Shown here: piece by piece, positions 31,664-41,295 of the stretch
Layout of the letters: each line of letters starts with the position of its first letter
Numbering within the stretch: the first letter of the stretch is position 1
Assembly: GCA_963665615.2 (NCBI GenBank)
Contig: CAXXQE010000001.1
Span: 761,151 to 825,150 of the forward strand
Direction of reading: 5' to 3'
Length of the DNA stretch: 64,000 nt
Origin: Syntrophales bacterium
GTDB taxonomy: Bacteria; Desulfobacterota; Syntrophia; Syntrophales; UBA4778
Made by a program: the position numbers and the translations under genes
The notes under the pieces: model-generated
Databases searched by the model: none
Told to the model about the DNA's origin: nothing
The model's input: the letters and a program-made list of their open reading frames with translations, nothing else

Positions 31664-31930
31664 CAGGAAGGAACTCATGTGACGGCCCATTACAGCGCAG
31701 ACATCTTCTAAGTAAATAATCACAAGGAGTTGACCGGAAAAAGAGCGGACAGAGAAAAGAGGGGGATTTATGGCTGAAATGCACTTTAGGCGGGTCTCTC
31801 CGGTCAACAGCTTACGCCGGGGTGCCGCTATTGGTGCCCTTTCAAATAAAAAAGCCGCGGAATTTCTCCCGCGGCTAAATTCATGGTGGACCAGGGTGGA
31901 ATTGAATTACAGACACTCGGATTTTCAGTC
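31664..31930 (-). repeat. Diverged duplicate of tRNA-Phe 3' part, terminator and downstream region (att-like island boundary)
   Basis: Aligns with 38160..38425; tRNA fragment 31884..31930 ends in the anticodon arm. Confidence 0.88.
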
Positions 31931-32082
31931 GATAATTAAAAGCAGGCGATTTCCTATCATTTTTAAGCAGTACATTTCAATGGCTTACAAGGATGTTTTT
32001 GCTCATATTGGATTTTGTTTGTTTATTTTTGGTTCCGAACGGTTACAAAATGGTTACACTTTAAAAGCAACGGGAGGGGCAA

Positions 32083-32256
32083 ATGTGGGTTATCACCTTG
32101 GATGGTTTTTTCAGTGTTGTGCAAAAAAATAAGGACAAAAATACAGAAACTGTTCAGGTTCGCGGCAGGTTATGCACCTGTCAAGTTTTCCCAGACCAGT
32201 TCTATCTCGCAACCAGGATAGTTAAGCGTCAATGTGGGCGAAGCGTGGCCATTTAA
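32083..32256 (+). pseudogene. Short ORF or gene remnant at the island edge (MWVITLDGFFSVVQK...VQVRGR)
   Basis: GGGAGGGG RBS; N-terminus resembles an MW.....GFFS.V...VR.R hypothetical family; only 57 codons. Confidence 0.45.
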
Positions 32257-32281
32257 CCCACTGCATTCGTGAGATTGCTTT

Positions 32282-34057
32282 TCAGACAACCCTTTCCTTT
32301 ATGCCCCTTCTCTCAAGGATGATATTATATAGGTTTATATATTGTCTTGCAGTATTTGTTATATTGTGCGTTCTAAAACTCTCTTTTATAATTCTCTTTA
32401 GGACATTGTTCCTGGATTGTGCTCCTTTGCCATAAAACTTCACTGCACTCTCTATACCATGCCACAACCCACCGTAATCCATGTCTGCAAATAAAAACCC
32501 GTTTCCTATCAGGCCGCTATCAGACACTTGCTCGATACTGTCAGCAAGGCCCCCTGTCTGCCTCGCAACCGCAAGCGTGCCGTATCTTGGGCTTTCAAGC
32601 TGGGGGATCCCACACGGCTCATACATTGAAGGCATTAGTATAAAATCGCTTCCTGCAAGACCTAATCTGCTTGTTGGTTCATGAAATGGGTGGTAAGCCA
32701 CCCTTCCAGGGAACCTCCGCTGATACTCCTGAAAATTGTTTATTAGGTCAAGAGAACCGTCTGCAACCATCGCTATCTGGAGATTGAATTTCTCTAGGAG
32801 ATATGGTGTCTGATATTTTAATAGCCAGGCTCCTTTCTGCGGATCGGCAAGCCTGGACGGCCAGAAGAATATAGGCACATCAGCATCCTCCCTAAGGCCC
32901 ATTCTCCTCTGAAAACCCTGTTTATTTAACCTCTTTCCCTCTTCTAAACCCTTGATTCCTGCTTTCTCATCCTCTTCAATCCAGTAATGCACGTCTATAA
33001 AAGGATCTATCCTGGGATCGGCCGTGTCTTTTGGAGCATTAAGTATCCCTGCTGCTGAATTCTGGTTATTCCTTTTCTTGATTACATTCCTTGTCGATAC
33101 AGAGATTATGCCGTCATGCATAAAATAATCATTGACGATTTCCTTAAGGAATGTGGGGCTAACCGCGTTTATAAGGTCTGCACTGAATAGCCCTGATGCC
33201 AAGAGATCAACCTTATTATTACGATAGTTAGAAGAAAATGTGCCGTCGCCGTGGTTGTCAGGATGTCCGACTAAGAAAAGATTGTGCCAGTAAGGCTCTA
33301 TGTCGATACCCTGCTTTTTCAGTTCCTCTGGGCTAAGTTGAGATGAGAATGTGTTGTGGAATGTCATGAGGCTCATCATGCCCATGCTCTTTGCGGCAGC
33401 AGGGATTAATCCTGTTGTCCAGTCATTGCAATGGACAATTGTGCACTCATTTAATCTCTTTATTGTCGGCAAGAGGCGCGAATTGATGCCACGCTGAAAT
33501 GCGTTTGCCTTATAGACTTCAACCTGGCTTAACATGGCATTCCCGTCTGCATAGACCCTGTCTGCACTCCTGAAGAGGTCGCTTTCAATGAGGAGGATAA
33601 TTGATTCTCTAATGTCTTTCCTCATGCGGTTATATTCTTCTTCAAAATGGCAGTCAGGTTTATTCTGCATCCTGTAGTATGATTCCCTAAACATCTTTTC
33701 GTATTCGGGAAAGACTACCTTGATGTTTACCCCCTCTCTGTATAGCTCTGTTACGAGTGCTCCTGCGATCTGGCCGAGGCCTCCACCGCCCACGGTATCA
33801 AATATCGGAGCAAGCGGAGCTATCTCTTTTCGCAAACCGGTAATCTCAGGCGTTGCGAAAAGTACTAGTGGCTTTTCTAGGTTTTTTGAAACATAGGGTG
33901 GTTTCTGTGACGCGATTATAGCATCTATCCCATACTTAATTTTTGTCCATAAATTATCCTGTTTTTTGGAAGGGTTATTAATATAACGTGATTCATATTC
34001 TTCAATATTTTTAACCAGCATATCAGCCAGTCCACTCTTTGGATTATTTTTAATCAT
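32282..34057 (-). CDS. glgA: Glycogen/starch synthase-like glycosyltransferase (GT5)
   Basis: TPE..GGLG, HCNDW, TFHN, AVSPTF, GILN, SRL...QKG, PSMYEPCG, TGGLADS. Confidence 0.85.
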   Translation of the reverse strand: MIKNNPKSGLADMLVKNIEEYESRYINNPSKKQDNLWTKIKYGIDAIIASQKPPYVSKNLEKPLVLFATPEITGLRKEIAPLAPIFDTVGGGGLGQIAGALVTELYREGVNIKVVFPEYEKMFRESYYRMQNKPDCHFEEEYNRMRKDIRESIILLIESDLFRSADRVYADGNAMLSQVEVYKANAFQRGINSRLLPTIKRLNECTIVHCNDWTTGLIPAAAKSMGMMSLMTFHNTFSSQLSPEELKKQGIDIEPYWHNLFLVGHPDNHGDGTFSSNYRNNKVDLLASGLFSADLINAVSPTFLKEIVNDYFMHDGIISVSTRNVIKKRNNQNSAAGILNAPKDTADPRIDPFIDVHYWIEEDEKAGIKGLEEGKRLNKQGFQRRMGLREDADVPIFFWPSRLADPQKGAWLLKYQTPYLLEKFNLQIAMVADGSLDLINNFQEYQRRFPGRVAYHPFHEPTSRLGLAGSDFILMPSMYEPCGIPQLESPRYGTLAVARQTGGLADSIEQVSDSGLIGNGFLFADMDYGGLWHGIESAVKFYGKGAQSRNNVLKRIIKESFRTHNITNTARQYINLYNIILERRGIKERVV

Positions 34058-34699
34058 ATGAGGGAACTCTATTTTTTAAATTCAGGGATTTGTAACTATA
34101 ACATAGCAGAAAATAAAGGCCTGCATCGTTGAAAAAATAATAAATACGGACTGACTGATAAGAATTTACTTTTTGATATGTTAACCATACTATGACGCAA
34201 TTTTGCGAGTCAAAAGAAAAAGTGAAATCCCATTGACTCATTGAAAAATGTTACTCAGAGAGAGAATTTAATTTTTACGATTTCTAGCCATAATTTACAA
34301 GCGTATTGAACTTTTCTTTAATTCATATGTAGGTGAAGCCGATAACTAACCGCTTCTTGGACCCACCTGCCTCAGTTTGAAACGCAGACGGATTATCTGC
34401 ACGGCCATATGCGGGATGCTTGGAAGCATGTCCCACCCTGGGCGCATCCGATACGAGGTAGTAGAGAGGGGATATAAAGAGAAAGACATTTCCTCAATAA
34501 ACCACGTTCGCCTGACCAAGAAAAAAGCGAAAAAAAGCTCATCAAAAGTTATAAGAATCAAATAAACTCTGACTCAGACTACTTCATCAATTTCGAATAC
34601 GACGTAGGAGCCCTAGAGGGGACCGAAAAAAACCTTCAAATAACCTCGAACAGACTCTTGCACAAAATAAGTTTTTCCTTTTTCAGGCATATAAAATCG

Positions 34700-35371
34700 C
34701 TAAAAAGCATGGCCGACCTTGCTACGGGAAACGATGTCGGTAAACGCTTTGCGAGGGCGGGCCATAGGGGTTTCATCGGGTAAGCCTAACGTCAGAAGAG
34801 TAAGCAGATACATGTCATCAGGGATGTTGAGCTCTGTCTTTATGACAGTATACAGCTCCTTCTCGTTCCCCGTAACCTCGTTGCTAAATGCCCCAATAAT
34901 GCACATACCCAAGCCCTGATTGACAGCCTCAATTCCCATAAAGCCATAGGCAATGCCGAGTTGCTCGAAGGTTCGGGCAAGAATGGCAGCAGGACTCGAA
35001 CTCGAAACAGCGAGTATAGGATCGCTGAGCATGAAATTGTCGATGATTTCACCAGTGACAGAGATCGCTTGCGCCTCCATGAGGCCATAGAGAGCCTCAC
35101 GATGTTTTGGCTTGTCCCATGCAGTGAGGTCGCCACAAACTGCAATGACCACTGGTGCTTGGGCAATTGTCATCTGTCCCCGGGAGAGCCTGACAAGTTT
35201 GTCTTTCAAGGCTGCATCCTCGATAACGATAAAATGCCACGGTTGAATGTTGCACCACGAAGGCGCTCGCCGCCCTGCCTCGAGAACAGCTCGAAGAGCT
35301 GCTTCCGGAATGGGTTCTTCTTTGTAATGCCTGATACTCCGCCAATTCTGAATTCCCCATGTCATTTCCAT
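34700..35371 (-). CDS. Nitroreductase family protein
   Basis: RSIRHY, APSWCNIQPWHF, LGMCIIGAF, RPRK. Confidence 0.92.
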   Translation of the reverse strand: MEMTWGIQNWRSIRHYKEEPIPEAALRAVLEAGRRAPSWCNIQPWHFIVIEDAALKDKLVRLSRGQMTIAQAPVVIAVCGDLTAWDKPKHREALYGLMEAQAISVTGEIIDNFMLSDPILAVSSSSPAAILARTFEQLGIAYGFMGIEAVNQGLGMCIIGAFSNEVTGNEKELYTVIKTELNIPDDMYLLTLLTLGLPDETPMARPRKAFTDIVSRSKVGHAF

Positions 35372-35450
35372 GCAGAAATCTCCTCTCACCTTGTTCTGAC
35401 AGTGCAAGGCTATTATACTGGCCTAAAGGCCTAATTGCTTTTTTGCAGGA

Positions 35451-36650
35451 TCATATTTTTGGGCTCTTAATTAATGTGGCAAATGTTATTTTTTCAGCCC
35501 CGTGCTTGTTTCTTATCTTGTCCATGACCTTGTCAATTCGCTCGTTCATGTCGTTTTTCACATTGCCTTCCATTTGATCAAAAAGTGACAACTGGCCTGA
35601 AGAGCAGCCTTCATGAAATCCCGAGATGCTGATTCCGATTAGCCTTACCGGATGAAATCTGCTCCATATCTGTTCAAGTAGACTGCAACCAGCCTGGTAA
35701 ATTTCCTTGGTGGCATGAGTCGCCGGGACGGTTGCCTGCTTGGTAATTACTTTAAAATCCGAATATTTCAGGGTGATATGAACCGTATGGCCTTTTTTGT
35801 CGTACCTTCTTGCAGTCATGCCAATATCATCGGCAAGTTCCATAAGAACCAGCTTCGCTTTCTCGATGTCAGTTACATCTTCCGGCAGAGTTGTTGAGCG
35901 CCCTATGGACTTCATGTCTTCAAACGTGTGGGCAACAACAGGTGAATCGTCTATCCCGTTGGCGCGAAGATAAATCTCATATCCACTCTTGCCGAAAACT
36001 TTGACAAGAAGGTCTTTTTCGGATGTTGCAAGATCACCGATCGACTTCATACCGATTCGGTTCAACTTTTCTGCTGTTTTAGCTCCAATTCCATACATTT
36101 CTTGTACCGGCAGCGGCCAGAGTTTTTGGGGAATGTCATGATGCCATAGCTCTGTGATACCGAGGGGCTTCTTCATTTCAGCGGCCATTTTTGCAAGGAA
36201 CTTGTTTTCGGCAATGCCGATCGAGCACCATAGTCCGAGTCTGCCTTTGATTTCATCCATGATGCTCTTCGCAGCCGTCAGAGGATCACCAAAGAGACCT
36301 TTGCAGCCAGTCATATCCAGCCAGGCCTCATCAACGCTGTTTTGTTCCAGTACCGGCGTATAGTTCGAAAGCAGCGCCATGACCTCTTCTGATTTTTGCT
36401 GATAGAAATGATGATCAGGCGGCACCAGGGTCAGTCGTGGACATAGCTTTAAAGCTTCATGCAGGACCATGGCAGTCTTGACTCCAAATGACCTTGCCAC
36501 ATAGTTCGCTGCGAGAATAATCCCTGAACGATTCTTTGGGTCACCGGCGACAGCGGCCGGTGCTCCGACAAGAGAATCATTTTTTGTCATCTCGCAACTT
36601 ATGAAAAAGGCGTTCATGTCGACCAGAAATATGACCTTTTGCATAGACAC
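35451..36650 (-). CDS. dinB: DNA polymerase IV (Y-family)
   Basis: VDMNAFF, AANY.AR.FGVKTAM, SVDEAWLD, SIGIAENKFLAKMA..KKP.G, VRLIGIS, QLSLF clamp motif. Confidence 0.95.
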   Translation of the reverse strand: MSMQKVIFLVDMNAFFISCEMTKNDSLVGAPAAVAGDPKNRSGIILAANYVARSFGVKTAMVLHEALKLCPRLTLVPPDHHFYQQKSEEVMALLSNYTPVLEQNSVDEAWLDMTGCKGLFGDPLTAAKSIMDEIKGRLGLWCSIGIAENKFLAKMAAEMKKPLGITELWHHDIPQKLWPLPVQEMYGIGAKTAEKLNRIGMKSIGDLATSEKDLLVKVFGKSGYEIYLRANGIDDSPVVAHTFEDMKSIGRSTTLPEDVTDIEKAKLVLMELADDIGMTARRYDKKGHTVHITLKYSDFKVITKQATVPATHATKEIYQAGCSLLEQIWSRFHPVRLIGISISGFHEGCSSGQLSLFDQMEGNVKNDMNERIDKVMDKIRNKHGAEKITFATLIKSPKI

Positions 36651-36707
36651 TTCTTCTCAGCCCAGCTGGCTCATAAAAACAAGCACTGTTTGTTCGGTTT
36701 CAAGGAG

Positions 36708-36914
36708 CTATTTCTTTTTATAAACATTCAATTCTATTTTTATGTCATCCTTTTCAGGGATGGAAATATTGCCTTCGGTTGATGCAATGATAATGGTCTT
36801 TCCTGACGACGAAGGACCAAATTCTGTAAGGTCGACCTTAATGGTCAGGATATTGTCTCCTACCTTCATTTCTACGTTTTCATCCTTCACTTTCCTCGTT
36901 TTTGCCATTAACAT
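36708..36914 (-). CDS. Small hypothetical protein (possibly damaged start)
   Basis: NVEMKVGDNILTIKVDL.EFGPSSSGKTIIIASTEGN...LNVYKK conserved-looking pattern. Confidence 0.6.
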   Translation of the reverse strand: MLMAKTRKVKDENVEMKVGDNILTIKVDLTEFGPSSSGKTIIIASTEGNISIPEKDDIKIELNVYKKK

Positions 36915-37418
36915 AGCATAACCTTCATCATATTTCTTCCCTCCTCACCGCGCAAAGGATGTCCTGCCCCGGGAGCTTTCGAGCAGGTCCAGAAGCAGGA
37001 CACTGGGATTCTTTGGATCAGCACCCAACCATTGCCAGGCAAGACACAATTTGGTGCGTGCCCTCCATAGGCAGGGGATCAGCGGAAAATATATTTCCAA
37101 CCTGGCGGGAATGACCAGGCGCCGTGTGAATCAAATTATCGCGAATAAGAATTATGACTTGAAATGTGCAACATACACTTAACCCTGCGAGATAATTGGC
37201 GCGCTTTGTGGTTCGGAAAACCTGCACAAAGCCTAGACAATTGGCTGTGTGCGGGTTGAAGTGATTGTCAGAAGGGCACAGTTATCATAAGAAAACATAT
37301 TGCCTCTATGGATAACGAAATTAGTGATCCTTTTCATAATGATTGACGACGATCTGTTTGTGATAAACAAGCACATGAACCCCTACGGAGTCTATTGATG
37401 TAGCTATCCCTTGATTTC

Positions 37419-37979
37419 TTATGTCCGGAATTTCTTACCAGCACTCCATGCTTTTCCAAGATGTTCGCCAACTGCCCAATAATTATTATCGGGCATAGTC
37501 AAAATGAAAGGCTTCATTTTCTTAACGTCTATTTTGCCTTCTGACAGAAATTCTTCTTCGGCGTAGATATTTATGATTTCTGCAATGAAGAAAGAATGTG
37601 TGGGAAGAGAAACCATCTGCGAAAGTTTGCATTCTATTGCTATCGGGCATTCAGAAATCAGAGGGGCTGATTTGAGTTGACCATAAAACACTTCAAACAA
37701 GTCTGATTTTGAGACATTCTTACCGGAAACCAGTCCGGTGTAATCTGTTTTTTCAAGCATGTCTATTGTTGGAATATTAATGCTGAACTCTCCCGTATTA
37801 ACAATTGCTCTATTGGAAGCATGGTTCTTGTTCACACATATACCTAGCATTGCGGGCATTATATTGACACGAGTCAGCCAGTCCAGTGCCATGAAGTTTG
37901 CTTTCTCATCGAGATGCGTTCCGAGAATGGTCAACGCCGGAAGGCAAAAGAGATTTTTTTGTTCAAATATTCGTTTCAT
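37419..37979 (-). CDS. Flavin reductase family protein (flavoredoxin-like)
   Basis: ANFM, GEFSINIP, DYTGLVSG, APLISECP..IECK, GKAWSAGK. Confidence 0.9.
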   Translation of the reverse strand: MKRIFEQKNLFCLPALTILGTHLDEKANFMALDWLTRVNIMPAMLGICVNKNHASNRAIVNTGEFSINIPTIDMLEKTDYTGLVSGKNVSKSDLFEVFYGQLKSAPLISECPIAIECKLSQMVSLPTHSFFIAEIINIYAEEEFLSEGKIDVKKMKPFILTMPDNNYWAVGEHLGKAWSAGKKFRT

Positions 37980-38338
37980 GTTAGGTGCTCCTTATTAGCT
38001 AAAAAAAGGTGAGTAAAAGCAAGGTTACGATGAGATCCTGAAAACTTAAACCAGTATGACTTTAACGCTAAGATAATCTTCACCCTATCTTTATGAATTG
38101 TTGACACGAGTTGCAATTGAAATCTTTTATATCCTATAAGATTGTGACTCGCTTGATAGCAGGAAGAAGTCATGTAACGGCCCATTGCCGCTGAGACATC
38201 TTCTAAGCAAATAGTCACGAGGAGTTGACCGGCGAAAGGGCGGACAGAGAAAAGAGGTGGATTTATGGCTGAAATGCACTTCAGACGGGTCTCTCCGGTC
38301 AACAGCTGTCGCCGGGGTGCCGCTATTTGTGCCCTTTC

Positions 38339-38372
38339 AAATAAAAAAGCCGCGGGATTTCTCCCGCGGCTA
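38339..38372 (-). terminator. Rho-independent terminator after tRNA-Phe
   Basis: Minus strand AGCCGCGGGAGAAATCCCGCGGCTTTTTTATTT. Confidence 0.85.
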
Positions 38373-38378
38373 AATTAC

Positions 38379-38454
38379 TGGTGGACCAGGGTGGAATTGA
38401 ACCACCGACACTCGGATTTTCAGTCCGATGCTCTACCGACTGAGCTACCGGTCC
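38379..38454 (-). tRNA. tRNA-Phe (GAA)
   Basis: GGACCGGTAGCTCAGTCGGTAGAGCATCGGACTGAAAATCCGAGTGTCGGTGGTTCAATTCCACCCTGGTCCACCA, 76 nt, encoded CCA. Confidence 0.97.
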
Positions 38455-38510
38455 TTAATTGACTTGATATTTTAAAAAAAACGGGAAATTGCTGTCCCGG
38501 AAACCGCTAC

Positions 38511-38539
38511 TTTCTATATAAATTGGGCTTTCTTGTCAA
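38511..38539 (-). promoter_or_regulatory. Putative tRNA promoter
   Basis: Minus strand TTGACA-17 nt-TAGAAA. Confidence 0.45.
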
Positions 38540-38652
38540 CACCTTTCTAGCTGTGTCCTCAAAAAACTGCCCCATAAAATGACCCGGTTTCTGACGACGC
38601 GGGAGTAACAGGCCAGGGGGCTCAGTTATTGCCTCATCACTATTCTTTCACC

Positions 38653-38761
38653 ATCGGAGGCTGGCCGGAGCAAGCGCCGGTGAGTCTCCGATTTCCAAGG
38701 AAGACGTTCCGTCCTGATTCGCTCGCTTACCTCGCGGCAAGCCACAGGGTAAGCGAACGCT
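38653..38761 (-). repeat. Family A repeat copy
   Basis: Reverse complement aligns with 7286..7394. Confidence 0.75.
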
Positions 38762-38782
38762 GGGGAATTCACTAGTTATCGC

Positions 38783-39268
38783 TCACATCGACGAAATGCG
38801 TTCGTCATAGCGGTTGAAGTGAAAGTGATCGAGCCGCTCCACTTTATGGACCTTTGTTTTGGCGATCTTGTCGTGCCAGCCCTGCTTTCTGTCGTCGATG
38901 ATGATCCAAAAAAAGCCCAGGAAGAGAAAGAAGGCAGAGATGAGGTATCCGACCCATCTCAGAAAGGCCGTTCCGTAGGATACCGGTGCGCCGGATTCCT
39001 GCAATAGTTTGAGGCCGACTACCATTTTGCCCGGCGTCTGTCCCACGGCACCGTGGAACAGAATGAAATAAACGCTGAAAAGCAGACAGAAGACAAGGGA
39101 CGATACCATCCCAGCCATGCGTAACAGTTCTTCCTCAAAGAGTTTGCCAAACACCGAGATTCCAATGCGGTGGATGATTCCCGTCAGCAAAACAAGGATG
39201 GCAATATCGATTAAAAAGGCGATCAGGCGTCTGCCGAATCCGCCGAAATAGTCATGCTTGGGGTACAT
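38783..39268 (-). CDS. RDD family membrane protein
   Basis: GFGRRLIAFLID, GQTPGKM, RKQGWHDKIAKT.V. Confidence 0.92.
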   Translation of the reverse strand: MYPKHDYFGGFGRRLIAFLIDIAILVLLTGIIHRIGISVFGKLFEEELLRMAGMVSSLVFCLLFSVYFILFHGAVGQTPGKMVVGLKLLQESGAPVSYGTAFLRWVGYLISAFFLFLGFFWIIIDDRKQGWHDKIAKTKVHKVERLDHFHFNRYDERISSM

Positions 39269-39274
39269 GGTTTA

Positions 39275-40036
39275 TCACTCTCCTGACGTTCCGATGAGAC
39301 CCTTTTCATACTGGATAATAGCGAGGATTGCAAGGGAAGCGGTTTCGACTTTCAAGACCTGCCGTCCCAGGCTGACGGGGACCATGCCGGCCGCTTTTGC
39401 CCGGTGAACCTCCTCTCCGGACAGTCCACCCTCGGGGCCCACGACGATAAACCAATTCTGCCGTGTTTCGTATTCCGCACCCCTCAAGATTTGTTTAAGG
39501 CCGGTTTTGTCTTCAGCCTCCCAGAAGATCAGGTTCACGCTGTCTAACCTTACCGCGGCAAGCATGGCGTCAAAGGTCAGGATCTCCGCTACCTCTGGAA
39601 TGTCTGTTCGTCCGCACTGTCGGGAGGCCTCGAGGGCGATCTTGCGCCACCGTTTGACGCGATCCAGCGCCTTGGCCTCATTGAGAATGGGAATCGACCG
39701 CGATGAGTGGAACGGAACGATGCGGTTGACGCCCAACTCCGTTGCCTTTTGGGTGATGAGGTCCATTTTATCGCTTTTGGGAAGGGCCTGCGCGAGGGTG
39801 ATGCGGATCCCGGAGGCGGCAATGCGCTCTTCACTAATGACCTTTGCCAAAACGCTATGCGCTGCGTAGACGTCGATACGGGCGCGGTATTCGATTCCCT
39901 GGTAGCCGAAAAGGGCAATTTCCTCGCCGGGCTTGAGTCGCAGGACGTTGCGGATATAGCGCAGATCGTCGTCCAGAAGCTCGATCTGGTCGCCGGTTGA
40001 CAGCTGCTGGGGAAGATAGATGCGGGGCGTCGTCAC
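39275..40036 (-). CDS. rsmE: 16S rRNA m3U1498 methyltransferase
   Basis: VLRLKPG, KSDKMDLITQKATELGV, EASRQCGR, VGPEGG, LG..VLKVETA. Confidence 0.95.
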   Translation of the reverse strand: MTTPRIYLPQQLSTGDQIELLDDDLRYIRNVLRLKPGEEIALFGYQGIEYRARIDVYAAHSVLAKVISEERIAASGIRITLAQALPKSDKMDLITQKATELGVNRIVPFHSSRSIPILNEAKALDRVKRWRKIALEASRQCGRTDIPEVAEILTFDAMLAAVRLDSVNLIFWEAEDKTGLKQILRGAEYETRQNWFIVVGPEGGLSGEEVHRAKAAGMVPVSLGRQVLKVETASLAILAIIQYEKGLIGTSGE

Positions 40037-40049
40037 GAAGCCTGTACTC

Positions 40050-40994
40050 CTATTGTTTCTGGAGGACGTAGCACACCCATTCCTTGTCTTTCTGACAATT
40101 GACGATGGTCAGGGGGGCGCCGAGGAAGTTCGCCTCGATCTTCGGCAGACTCTGCTCGATAATGCCGGAGACGATCAGATAGGCGCCGGGCGCCATGAGC
40201 GACAGCAGATGGGGCCGCAGTTCGATAAGCGGTTCGGCGGTCAAATTGGCCACGATCAGCTCGAAGTGGCCCATAAAATCGGCGATGTTCCGGTTGACGA
40301 CCTCCACTTGATCGCCGACATGGTTAACTGAGACGTTCTTGTGGGCGATTTCTGCGGCCTGGGGATCGATTTCGACGGCGACGATTTTTTCAGCCCCTAG
40401 CTTGGCGCAGGCGATACTGAGAATGCCGGTACCTGTGCCCACGTCAAGGATCTTCCAATTTTTTATCTCATGGTCCTTCAAAAGCAGACCTTCAAGAGCC
40501 TCCAGGCACATCCGCGTGGTGGCGTGTTGGCCGGTACCGAAGGCCATGCCAGGGTCGATGTCGATGACGATATCGCGCGCCGACGGTGTGAAGCGTTCCC
40601 AGGTCGGTTTGATGACGATGTTCTTTTGAATCCGGATAGGCTTGAAGTACTTTTTCCACTGTTCGCCCCAGTCCGGATCGTCGATAGAATGGACGACATA
40701 GTCGGGGCGTTTGAATTCCGGGAAGATTGCCCCCAGATCTTCAATGTAGTGTTGGAGGTCGTTTATACAGGATTTCCAATCGGAGGCAGCGGGCAGGTAG
40801 GCCTTGATTTCCTCCAGGGCGCGCGGGCGCACCTCGTCGATCTCGTTGGGATCGACATCGTCCTCTTCGAAGATGCCGTCGGCGCCGTGATCGGTCATGA
40901 AGCTCGAAAGGGCCTCCGATAGTTGGGGAGGAGAGGTGATGACGATCTCGATCCAGGCGTTGGAAGTCGGTTTGGGGGTGTCGGCGTCGGTCAT
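40050..40994 (-). CDS. prmA: Ribosomal protein L11 methyltransferase
   Basis: DW...WKKYFKP, IDPGMAFGTGQHATT, LDVGTGTGIL, LIVSGII. Confidence 0.95.
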   Translation of the reverse strand: MTDADTPKPTSNAWIEIVITSPPQLSEALSSFMTDHGADGIFEEDDVDPNEIDEVRPRALEEIKAYLPAASDWKSCINDLQHYIEDLGAIFPEFKRPDYVVHSIDDPDWGEQWKKYFKPIRIQKNIVIKPTWERFTPSARDIVIDIDPGMAFGTGQHATTRMCLEALEGLLLKDHEIKNWKILDVGTGTGILSIACAKLGAEKIVAVEIDPQAAEIAHKNVSVNHVGDQVEVVNRNIADFMGHFELIVANLTAEPLIELRPHLLSLMAPGAYLIVSGIIEQSLPKIEANFLGAPLTIVNCQKDKEWVCYVLQKQ

Positions 40995-41055
40995 TCGGCA
41001 ATCCTGTAATTGTTTGTAGAGATTAGCTATAGAATGTTAAAAAACAACGTCTATA

Positions 41056-41187
41056 CTGACTATTCAAAAAGGCTCAAAGGCAAGGCGTCGCGGGGGGCGA
41101 GGCGCGGAGCGTATATGTTAATACGTGAGCACCGCTTGTCCCGCCACCGAAGCGCAACGCAGCATATGAGCCTTTTTCAATAGTTAG
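41056..41187. mobile_element. MITE-like element with ~21-bp terminal inverted repeats
   Basis: CTGACTATTCAAAAAGGCTCA ... TGAGCCTTTTTCAATAGTTAG, with GC-rich internal pairing. Confidence 0.65.
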
Positions 41188-41295
41188 CTATAGCCCTTTT
41201 CAATCGAGAATTCAAGTCCGCTTGCTATCTTCCCAATGGCTGTGATAGTTTATCGTCGCGCAGGGTAAACCATCGTATTTTCCCAGGGGTTTTCC

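Noticed and set aside
31622..31807. MTGETRLKC... ORF present in both duplicated copies (also 37976..38302)
   Set aside because: Its similarity simply follows the DNA duplication; many non-synonymous changes, different lengths and no clear RBS.
31884..31930. Second functional tRNA-Phe
   Set aside because: Lacks the 5' half and has T-arm substitutions; treated as an att-like fragment.
34340..34670. Possible transposase tail or IS end inside the island
   Set aside because: Suggestive only; no catalytic motif or matching partner end identified.
36660..36705. LexA box upstream of dinB
   Set aside because: Only a GAAC half-site; no convincing palindrome.
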